Source: an uncultured Alphaproteobacteria bacterium
Lineage (GTDB): Bacteria; Pseudomonadota; Alphaproteobacteria; Rhizobiales; Methyloligellaceae
Assembly: GCA_963803385.1 (NCBI GenBank)
Contig: CAWDMD010000007.1
Span: 346,770-370,769, forward strand
DNA length: 24,000 bases
Direction: 5' to 3'
Part shown: positions 8,729-16,140 of the stretch, one piece after another
How the letters are laid out: every line of letters starts with the position of its first letter
Numbering within the stretch: the stretch's first letter is position 1
Position numbers and translations under genes: made by a program
Notes under the pieces: generated by a model
The model's database searches: none
Told to the model about the DNA's origin: nothing
The model's input: only the letters and a program-made list of their open reading frames with translations

Positions 8729-9727
8729 ATGATGCCGGGAAAGCTCGACATTTGCTCGCATTGCGGCGGACCGCCGCTGTCGCGCCGGGGCCTCCTCAAG
8801 ATCTCGGTCGCGCTCGCATCGGTGCCGTTTCTGAGGCCGATCCCGGGCTTCGCCGCGGCGCCCGCAGCCGACGCCCTCGAGGTCACCGAAATCGCCCCCG
8901 GCGTCTTCGTGCATCAGGGCCGCTACGAGATGCAATCGCCCGAGAACCGCGGTGACATGGCCAATGCCGGCTTCATTGTCGGCAACGACGCGGTCGCCGT
9001 GATCGACACGCTCGGTAGCGAAGAAGTCGGCGAGCAATTGCGGAACGCGGTGCGCGCGGTCACCGACAAACCGATCCGCTACGTCATCAACACCCACATG
9101 CATCCGGACCATGTGTTCGGCAATGCCGCGTTCAAAGAGGACAATCCCGAATTCGTCGCCAACCGCAAGCTCGAGCGCGGACTGCGCGCCCGCGCCGAGC
9201 GCTATCTGATGATCAACAAGAAGATGCTCGGGCCGGAGGCGTTCAAAGGCATCGAGATCGTGCTTCCCACCGTCGCCGTCGACGACAAGATGACGCTCGA
9301 TCTCGGCGGCCGTACCCTCCTGCTCGAGACGCAGCCGACGGCTCATACCGACAACGACCTCATCATCACCGACAGCGCCACCAACACGATGTTTCTCGGG
9401 GACCTGTTGTTCTCGGGCCATGTGCCGACGCTCGACGGGTCTATCGAGGGCTGGCTCGCGGTGATCGACAATCTGAAAGAACGGAAGGTCGCGCGCGTCG
9501 TGCCCGGGCACGGGCCTCACGCCATGGAGCTGCCGCAGGCCTTCGATCCGGAGGAGAACTATCTCGCCACGATCGCGACCGACGTCCGCAACATGATCAA
9601 GGACGGCAAGACCATCGAGGACGCGACCAAGACGGCGGGCTTCGAGGCGCGCGATTCCTGGAAGCTGTTCGATGAGTATCACGTGAGAAACGTCACCGCG
9701 GCCTTCGCCGAACTCGAATGGGAATAA
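8729..9727 (+). CDS. MBL-fold metallo-hydrolase, periplasmic; resembles the quinoprotein-relay-system zinc metallohydrolase family
   Basis: 332 aa with a twin-arginine-like signal (SRRGLLKISVALASVPFL...AAA). It has the HxHxDH motif NTHMHPDHVFGN and downstream His/Asp ligand candidates (AHTDND, PGHGP). A SoxYZ-like carrier gene follows, the usual partner in that family by recollection of TIGRFAM/PGAP naming. Confidence 0.8.
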   Translation: MMPGKLDICSHCGGPPLSRRGLLKISVALASVPFLRPIPGFAAAPAADALEVTEIAPGVFVHQGRYEMQSPENRGDMANAGFIVGNDAVAVIDTLGSEEVGEQLRNAVRAVTDKPIRYVINTHMHPDHVFGNAAFKEDNPEFVANRKLERGLRARAERYLMINKKMLGPEAFKGIEIVLPTVAVDDKMTLDLGGRTLLLETQPTAHTDNDLIITDSATNTMFLGDLLFSGHVPTLDGSIEGWLAVIDNLKERKVARVVPGHGPHAMELPQAFDPEENYLATIATDVRNMIKDGKTIEDATKTAGFEARDSWKLFDEYHVRNVTAAFAELEWE

Positions 9728-9745
9728 ATTTGGGAGGAAGACGCC

Positions 9746-10571
9746 ATGTCCGGCAGTGTTGATCGCCTTGTCTCTCTGTCCGCCGCGGCGGCGCTTGCCG
9801 CAACGCTTCTTGTCTGCGGCGCATCCTTGGCCAAGGCCGATGAGGATGTGTGGCCGACGCTGAAACAGGCGAATTTCGGCGACCGCGACATCAAGGCCGA
9901 GGACGGCTTCGTCACCCTCGATGCCCCGGTCACCGCCGAGGACGCCGCGGTGGTGCCGCTCACGGTGCGGGTGCCGCCGTCCGTCAAGGCCAAGCTCAAG
10001 TCGCTGACCCTGATCATCGACAAGAACCCGAACCCGGTGGTGGCCAAGGTGCATTTCGGCCCCGCCGCCGGCACGGGCGGCGAGCGCTCGTTCGCGACCC
10101 GGGTCCGCGTCGACAATTTCTCTCATGTCCGCGCCATCCTCGAGACCGAGGACGGCACCTTGCACATGGCGACCAAATTCGTGCAGGCCGCGGGCGGCTG
10201 TGCCGCGATGCAGGCCAAGGACCCGGACGCCGACACGGTCGGTCTCGGCAAGACCATCGTGAAGAGCGTTCCCGCCGGCGTTGTCGTCGACGCCGCTGTT
10301 CGAAGGGCTGGTGATGATCAAGCACCCGAACGCGAACGGCATGCAGCTCGACATCAATACCGGCGACTATATCCCGGCGCGGTTCGTCAAGGAGGTGGTG
10401 GTGAAGCGTGACGGCGAGCTCGTGTTCGACATGGACACCACGTTCTCGATCTCGACCAACCCGAATTTCCGCTTCAGCTTCGGCCGCGGCACCGACAACG
10501 AACTCGAGGTCGCCATCACCGATACCGACGGCACCTTGTTCACCGGCAAGTCCGACCCGAGCGGGTCGTAG
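9746..10571 (+). pseudogene. SoxY-SoxZ fusion-type carrier (quinoprotein dehydrogenase-associated SoxYZ-like), split by one frameshift at about 10263-10290
   Basis: The frame 2 part has a Sec signal (ASLAKA|DEDVW) and a SoxY-like domain ending in AAGGCAA (Cys codon 10199-10201). The frame 3 part is SoxZ-like: STPLFEGLVMIKHPNANGMQLDINTGDYIPARFVKEVVVKRDGELVF...SISTNPNFRF. Frame 3 opens only after TGA 10260-10262. The total is 826 nt, which is 275 codons plus 1 nt. Two separate genes (soxZ-like with a TTG start at 10281) cannot be excluded. Confidence 0.65.
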
Positions 10572-10764
10572 CGCGAGCTGCCACGGCTGCCCGACGTGAG
10601 AGCGACCCGCGCCCGGCCGAGAGGTTTGCGCAGATGGATAGCCAATATACCAAAGATGTTCTAGGCCAAAAGGCCAATACTGCAGCGGAGCGTACCTACA
10701 TTATAACTGAAGTCATGCTCGGAAACTCAATTAAGACGAACCGAACTCCCAGGAGGAATTACCC

Positions 10765-11292
10765 ATGCGATCCGCTCTTTATTTGCTGATATTTGCCCTT
10801 ATGCTCTTCGCTGTGCCTGAAGCGAGGGCGGATGATGCCGCCATGAGCAGCGAGGATCTTATGGCAAGCTTGAAGGGCGCTGCCCCGGATAGTCTCATCA
10901 AAGACGCCACGCTCATGAACATGGCCGACATGACGGTCCTCCGGAAGGGCACCAATGGCTGGACCTGCATGGTCCATGGCGGGGTGCCGATGTGCGTCGA
11001 CGATGTGGGGCTTGACTGGGTGCATGCCCTGATGAGCAAGTCGGCGCCGCCGGAGAAGATCGGCCTGATCTACATGCTCAAGGGAGACGCCGGCGTCAGC
11101 AATACCGATCCCTTCGCCAAGGCGGAGACCCCCGACAACAATTGGGTCAAGACCGGCCCGCACATCATGATCGTCGGCGGCGTCAAGGGTCTCGCCCAGG
11201 GCCTTCCCAACGGGGCGAAGCCGGACGAAACCGCGCCTTATGTGATGTGGCCGGGGACGCCCTACGAGCATTTGATGCTCCCGACCGATTAG
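10765..11292 (+). CDS. secreted hypothetical protein (175 aa), no family recognised
   Basis: AGGAGG Shine-Dalgarno (10751-10756) lies 8 nt before ATG 10765. The Sec signal is MRSALYLLIFALMLFAVPEARA|DD. The mature part has a Cys pair (GWTCMVHGGVPMCVDD) and several Met/His residues. A ~190-nt unusually AT-rich spacer precedes it. Confidence 0.7.
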   Translation: MRSALYLLIFALMLFAVPEARADDAAMSSEDLMASLKGAAPDSLIKDATLMNMADMTVLRKGTNGWTCMVHGGVPMCVDDVGLDWVHALMSKSAPPEKIGLIYMLKGDAGVSNTDPFAKAETPDNNWVKTGPHIMIVGGVKGLAQGLPNGAKPDETAPYVMWPGTPYEHLMLPTD

Positions 11293-11362
11293 GCTCGGGT
11301 TTCGCATCGCGCGGGCGCGGGGCCGCAGCCGGCGGCTCTGAGCCTGCCCGAAACCTTCGCCG

Positions 11363-11397
11363 TTGACACGCTACCAAGTAGTAGGTAGACGAGCGAA
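11363..11397 (+). promoter_or_regulatory. predicted sigma70-type promoter overlapped by the same 20-bp operator-like box (copy 2), upstream of the TetR gene
   Basis: TTGACA sits at 11363-11368. The box GCTACCAAGTAGTAGGTAGA (11370-11389) is identical to copy 1. A TAGACG -10 candidate sits at 11386-11391. Again exactly 29 nt separate the -35 hexamer from ATG 11398, with no clear Shine-Dalgarno. Confidence 0.5.
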
Positions 11398-11976
11398 ATG
11401 ACGCTGACCAAGGACTTGCTGCTGGCCGAGGCCGAGGCGCTGTTGCGCACACGCGGCTACGCCGCCTTCAGCTATGCCGACCTCTCAACGCGCGTCGGCA
11501 TTCGCAAGGCGAGCATCCACCATCACTTCGCCACCAAGGAGGAACTCGGCGGCGTCCTGATCGACAATTACCTCGTCAGGTTCGAAGACGCCCTGAAGGA
11601 GATCCTCGCGCAGGAGTCGAAAGCCAAAATCAGGCTGGAGCGCTACGCCCACTTCTTCGTTACCAGCATGATCGACGGCATGTTGCCCTTGTGCGGCGCT
11701 CTCTCGGCAGAGATGGCGGTATTGCCGCAATCGATCCAAGAGCGGGTCCACCGCTTCTTCAGGCTGCATCTGGACTGGGTGGAAGGGGTGATCCGTGCCG
11801 GCGTCACCGCCAAGGAGTTGCGCGCCGACGTCGACCCCGGCACCACCGCGATGCTCATTCTGAGTACGCTCGAAGGCGCGAGCTTCGTCGCCTGGGCCAT
11901 CGACGACGCGCGCCAGATCGCGCCGGCCGTCGGGCAATTGATTGCCTGCCTCGAGCGCCGGAAGGCCGGCTGCTAA
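11398..11976 (+). CDS. TetR/AcrR-family transcriptional regulator
   Basis: 192 aa. The N-terminal HTH is LLRTRGYAAFSYADLSTRVGIRKASIHHHFATKEEL, typical of the TetR_N domain. An all-helical C-terminal ligand domain follows. Confidence 0.9.
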   Translation: MTLTKDLLLAEAEALLRTRGYAAFSYADLSTRVGIRKASIHHHFATKEELGGVLIDNYLVRFEDALKEILAQESKAKIRLERYAHFFVTSMIDGMLPLCGALSAEMAVLPQSIQERVHRFFRLHLDWVEGVIRAGVTAKELRADVDPGTTAMLILSTLEGASFVAWAIDDARQIAPAVGQLIACLERRKAGC

Positions 11977-12006
11977 AGGCCCCGCGCCGCTCGCGCCCGC
12001 AACCGC

Positions 12007-12820
12007 CTAACGGTCGCTCGCGCTGTAATAGCCCTGATGCAGCCGCTTGCGGTACACCACCCCGGGATGGGAGGAGCACGCCTTCATCACATCGATGCCG
12101 CTGAACTTGGACAAATCGTACTGGCACACGATCGTCGTCTGCGGGTGCTCGATCAGGAGATCGTTCAGAGCCGCCTCATAGTCGTGCATGGTCTCGACGC
12201 CCGGCGTTTCGGTGAAGAACCAATCCATCTCACCGACAAGGAGATGCGATGGGTGATTGTCGGCGCGCTTGCGGATGATCTGCAGGCGCATGAAGGCGAC
12301 CATGAACTCGGGCGTGAACGTCGCGTTCTTCAAATAAGCGTCGCTCGCCGGAATCAAGGTCAGCAGTCCGCGATGCATGAGTTCGTGGGGGTCCAATCCC
12401 TCATCGCGGACGCGATCCATAAGCTCTTCGCGCGTGCTTGCCGAATGGATGTAGACGGTCGGCTTGCCGGCATAGAAGTGATTCAAAAAGAAGGGACGGA
12501 ACGCTTCCCAACGCTCGGCATGGCGCCCGACGAACAGGCAGATATGCCTTGAGGCGAGGTCGGAGTTCGGCTTCCTTGGCGCCGCTGCTCAAGCCGCTGA
12601 TGGTCGGTGCCCTGAGGTCCGACGTCTCGGACACGCCGCTCGCAACGAACATGTCAAGTACGTCGGCATCGAAGCGGCGCTCGTTGCGCGGCCCAACGCG
12701 ATGACATGCGAGCGTGCCCTCGTTGGTCCAACGACGGAGCGTGGTCTTGCTCACCGCGAGATAGGTCGATGCCTCGTCAAGGGTCAGAAGTGGTTTCAAT
12801 TTGCTCATAGGTATTGGCAC
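12007..12820 (-). pseudogene. DcmR-like regulator (N-terminal excisionase/MerR-type HTH plus C-terminal MEDS sensory domain), split by one frameshift at about 12550-12588
   Basis: One frame holds the HTH part: MSKLKPLLTLDEASTYLAVSKTTLRRWTNEGTLACHRVGPRNERRFD, starting at ATG 12808 or GTG 12820. A second frame holds the MEDS domain: RHICLFVGRHAERWEAFRPFFLNHFYAGKPTVYIHSASTREELMDRV...IVCQYDLSKF..., running to TAA 12007-12009. The MEDS frame has a TGA at 12589-12591 and no canonical start codon before RHICLF. The total length equals whole codons plus 1 nt. Confidence 0.7.
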
Positions 12821-13221
12821 TCTTCTCCATGTCGCCGACCGCCTGCGGCAGGTGTCACTCGTAATCGTTACTTAGCCAAAAATCGCTACCCCACATATAA
12901 GAAATGTGTCGCACCTATACAAACCTGTAGCCAAGGCCGCCCTACGCTCAAATCTTTCATAAGTCCTGGCATGATCGCATAAGTAAGTTCGCCAATATTT
13001 CGAAGCTTCACGCGGCCTTCTACCCATCCTCCGCCAAGAATACTTGGGATGCTGACATGCATCGGTTTCGCCCGCTCACTGTCCCCAATTTTCGGCTTCG
13101 CGGACCCCGGCAAAGGCCCCGCAGACGCGCCTCGCACGTCATGTGATTCGGCCAATCGGCGGCGATCAATCCGGAGGCCGTCAAGATTGCCGGGACGGCC
13201 GCTTGGGCGAGGGTGGCAGCC

Positions 13222-13830
13222 TCACACCCGCCTCCGTCGGGCGCGATCGGCGGACGCCGCCTGGCGCTTTACCAACAGCAGCGCCAGTCCACTACCGAGA
13301 ATCATCACCACAAGCACCTTCCAGCCAATTCGCAGCAGCGGCGGCCAAGCGGTGCCGACCGCAAACGGAAACCGTGCGACTTGATCGGCGCCCCCCTCCT
13401 TTGCCGTCACCAGCCCCACATATCGGCCGGCCTCCGCGAAGTCGTGCTCGAAGTGAATGGTGCCGGTCGAATAGGACGCCGGCGGCAGGCTGAATTCGAC
13501 GGGCTGCTCGTCATCGGCCTTCCACCCGTCGACGACGTGCAGAATTTTCACTTCGACCGGAAGGTTGCGCATGCCCGGGTCGACATAGTCCAAGGCGACC
13601 ACCGTCTTCCCGGTCTTCGGGATGTCCTCGCAAAACTCCTGCGTGTCGGTCTCTTGAGGCTGATATCCAGTGAAGTGGATGATGTGCGTCCCGACGCGCA
13701 AGACGCACTTGTCCTGCTCGATGCTCAGCCCGCCATGCGCCGATGCCTGCGGGGAAAACCACCCCGAGGCAATCAGCGCATAAGCGGCGAGGCCGATGAC
13801 GGCGACGAACCTAATGGCTTCCTCCCTCAC
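13222..13830 (-). CDS. pmoD: PmoD/AmoD-like periplasmic protein with C-terminal membrane anchor
   Basis: The GTG start overlaps the pmoB stop (GTGA, 13827-13830). The signal peptide is IRFVAVIGLAAYALIASGWFSPQASA|HGG. A ~150-aa beta-rich domain with two Cys follows, then a C-terminal TM helix (IGWKVLVVMILGSGLALLLV) and a basic tail. Topology and position directly after subunit B match PmoD, but no motif-level match could be verified. Confidence 0.55.
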   Translation of the reverse strand: MREEAIRFVAVIGLAAYALIASGWFSPQASAHGGLSIEQDKCVLRVGTHIIHFTGYQPQETDTQEFCEDIPKTGKTVVALDYVDPGMRNLPVEVKILHVVDGWKADDEQPVEFSLPPASYSTGTIHFEHDFAEAGRYVGLVTAKEGGADQVARFPFAVGTAWPPLLRIGWKVLVVMILGSGLALLLVKRQAASADRARRRRV

Positions 13831-15101
13831 GACGTCCCGAGAAAGTTCGGAATGATTGGGCCCGAAATCTCGGCAATGCGACGCACGCCTTCCGGCGTGT
13901 AGAAGAAGAGAAGAGCTCCGAACCGATTGTCCGGATCGTTGAGCAGGCTGGTGAGACGCTCGACCTCCCACGCAGCGTCGGTAGCCTCGATGTCGATCTC
14001 TCTGGTCTCACCTGGCTGTATCGGCCGGTCGTCCTTCACGATCAGTCCGTGGTTGACCAAATCCGCCGGGTAGCCCTCGTCGACGTTGCTCACCGCGGTT
14101 TCCGACTTCGCGTTGACGAAGCGAACGTTGGCGCTGGTGAACTCGCCGATCTCAAGCACGTCCGGGGTCTCGTTCTTGACTTGCAAGGTCATCTTCATCG
14201 AGCGGCCCGGCACGTCATAGGTCGCCCGCAACACCTTCACCGAGACCTGGCTATCCGGGAGCGGCAGCGGGGGGGTTTGCATCTTGCCCGCTTGAAGGGG
14301 AACGCTGCGTGGGTATTCGGTGTCGGCCCAACTCACCCCAGCGACGACGATGGTGACGGTGCCGACGAGAATGCCCGCCGCGACGACCATGTCCGCGCGC
14401 GTGATCAGGCGGCCGGCGTGGCCCGCCGCCACCTCGCGGAAGCGCGGGATAAGCATCGGACGGCGCATCCACCACAGCAGCCAGAACAGGCCGATAGCGG
14501 CCCAAAGTCCCTGCCAAATGACGACGGTGCGAACGCCCCAGGTGGACAGGTCAGGGATGGTGCGGCCATCGAGGGTCTTTACCGGATAAACGAAATCCGC
14601 GGCAGCGCCTGTGACATCGACCCATTTGCCCGGCCCGACGATCGGGCCGGCCTGATGAACCAGGACGGTCGGATGAATGTGCCACCGCCCGGGTAGGCGC
14701 GCCTGGAGCACGATCTTGAAACTATAGTCGCGGCCCTTCTGCAAACCTGTAGAATTTTGCGCCGCAACCTCGTTGATGTACGACTTCTTCTTCACCATCA
14801 CCGAGCCGGGACCGCCGGTCGACAGGAACGCAAGTGTCGGATCCGCAAGATTCTGCGGCCAGTCGCCGAATACCCTGAACTTTCCGGTGACGACGAGATC
14901 GTCGTTCACCTTCATCTCATCCGTCGACCATTTGACGTCGTACCATTCGAGGGTCCGCATCCGCAGGAACGGCTCCTGGTTGCGTTCGCCATGAGCGAAG
15001 GCGGAGACGGTGCCAACAACAGAGACTGCGCAGACGAGGATGAAGAGATTGGCCCAAAGCAGAAGACGCCGTGCCAGGGCCGACCGAATGACGAGGAGCA
15101 T
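13827..15101 (-). CDS. pmoB: copper membrane monooxygenase subunit B (PmoB/AmoB family)
   Basis: GGGAGGG Shine-Dalgarno lies 7 nt before ATG 15101; an upstream ATG at 15131 is also open. The signal is cleaved at AFA|HGERNQEPFLRMRT, giving an N-terminal His ligand. The HxH motif is GRWHIHP. Two central TM helices and a C-terminal cupredoxin-like domain follow. Confidence 0.92.
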   Translation of the reverse strand: MLLVIRSALARRLLLWANLFILVCAVSVVGTVSAFAHGERNQEPFLRMRTLEWYDVKWSTDEMKVNDDLVVTGKFRVFGDWPQNLADPTLAFLSTGGPGSVMVKKKSYINEVAAQNSTGLQKGRDYSFKIVLQARLPGRWHIHPTVLVHQAGPIVGPGKWVDVTGAAADFVYPVKTLDGRTIPDLSTWGVRTVVIWQGLWAAIGLFWLLWWMRRPMLIPRFREVAAGHAGRLITRADMVVAAGILVGTVTIVVAGVSWADTEYPRSVPLQAGKMQTPPLPLPDSQVSVKVLRATYDVPGRSMKMTLQVKNETPDVLEIGEFTSANVRFVNAKSETAVSNVDEGYPADLVNHGLIVKDDRPIQPGETREIDIEATDAAWEVERLTSLLNDPDNRFGALLFFYTPEGVRRIAEISGPIIPNFLGTS

Positions 15102-15167
15102 AACCGTTCCCTCCCGAGGATTGTGGTGCATGCGAGTTGCTTACGCCTTGTTCGCCTATGTGCCGGG

Positions 15168-16001
15168 TTAGTCGGTCTCGTTCGCCTTAGGCTTCACACC
15201 CAGATAGGTTGCGATCGGGCTTTCAACCCAGTTGGTCTTGGCGAAGAACAAGCCGATGTACCACCACACCAGATACATCATCATGCAGACGAAGGCTGAG
15301 AAGAAGGCGGAGATCCACGCGGAATGCCCGCCAAAGGTTCTCAGCGTTCCCCGCTCGATGAAGCGGAGGTATTCGGGGGTGGAGGAACGGGTGAAGACAT
15401 AGCCGACCATGTCCGCGGTCGACTGCACCTGGCCCATATGCTCGACGGGGATGTGATACGCCGCGATCATCGGGTAGTTGCCGGGATAGAACAGTAGCCC
15501 GAAGCCCCAAGCCCCAATGATGGCGGTCGCGAGAAAATTGCGGCTCAGCAACAGAACCGAGTCCATGAACAGCGCGCCGGGCAGAAGGAGCGTCGGGAAA
15601 ATCAGGCTGTAGGGCAGCCCCGCCCACATATGGAAGCCGAGGATGCGGTCAACCCACTGGCCGAACATGAGCGCCAGGATGCAAAGCGTGGCGCCGATCG
15701 GCAGGCGGAACTTTTCCCAAAGATAGGCTTGAGCCGCGGCCGGGAACATGATGGCCACGATGGGGGTCAGGGTGGCCCAGAACTGCCGGTCCTTCCAATC
15801 GACCCAGAAGTCCCAGTCACCGGCCAGCAGCATGAAGTGCAGGTGAAACGTGCCGGCGATCGTGAAGAACGCGATCACCGCGATCACCAAATCAAATGCC
15901 CTGGATGCCCGTGCTGCAGCAACTTTCGGAGGCACTTGCGTGTCTCTGGCTGCGGCGCCGCTTGTTCCACGGGTCTCCCGATATTCCATCGTGGTGGTCA
16001 T
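15168..16001 (-). CDS. pmoA: copper membrane monooxygenase subunit A (PmoA/AmoA family), 277 aa
   Basis: Diagnostic stretches include FHLHFMLLAGDWDFWVDWKDRQFW, GLLFYPGNYP, TPEYLRFIERGTLRTFGGHSAWISAFFSAFV and WWYIG. A GAGGGGAG Shine-Dalgarno-like run precedes ATG 16001. It is longer than the usual ~250 aa because of an N-terminal extension and a C-terminal polar tail. Confidence 0.92.
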   Translation of the reverse strand: MTTTMEYRETRGTSGAAARDTQVPPKVAAARASRAFDLVIAVIAFFTIAGTFHLHFMLLAGDWDFWVDWKDRQFWATLTPIVAIMFPAAAQAYLWEKFRLPIGATLCILALMFGQWVDRILGFHMWAGLPYSLIFPTLLLPGALFMDSVLLLSRNFLATAIIGAWGFGLLFYPGNYPMIAAYHIPVEHMGQVQSTADMVGYVFTRSSTPEYLRFIERGTLRTFGGHSAWISAFFSAFVCMMMYLVWWYIGLFFAKTNWVESPIATYLGVKPKANETD

Positions 16002-16140
16002 TTCGCTCCCCTCAATCTTGTCGTTATGCGGACCGGCTCATGGTTGAGCTCGTTCCATTTGGTGTTTGGGAAATGGGGCGCCGGCCTCGTCGATCCGGGA
16101 GGTCACAGCTCAGCCGACGCCCCTTCCTTTTGGTGGGCGC

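Noticed and set aside
8678-10357. 559-aa minus-strand ORF antisense to the MBL hydrolase and SoxYZ-like genes
   Set aside because: It is the typical GC-rich shadow ORF, with Arg/Gly/Ala/Asp-rich low-complexity translation, no recognisable domain and no ribosome-binding site. The plus-strand genes carry clear family motifs.
10620-13050. AT-rich patches (10630-10760, 12830-13050, 17040-17160) as signs of a mobile element or genomic island
   Set aside because: There is no transposase, integrase, tRNA target, or flanking inverted or direct repeats. Each patch coincides with an intergenic promoter region.
12886-13155. 89-aa minus-strand ORF (and the plus-strand ORFs 12701-12982 and 13049-13384) in the AT-rich spacer between the MEDS regulator and pmoD
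   Set aside because: They have no Shine-Dalgarno and no recognisable motifs. One is antisense to pmoD. The region is more plausibly promoter or regulatory DNA.
13176-13200. Hairpin GGCCGTC-N11-GACGGCC just downstream of the pmoD stop as the operon terminator
   Set aside because: The stem is only 7 bp, the loop is large, and no U-tract follows on the minus strand. That is too weak to call a terminator.
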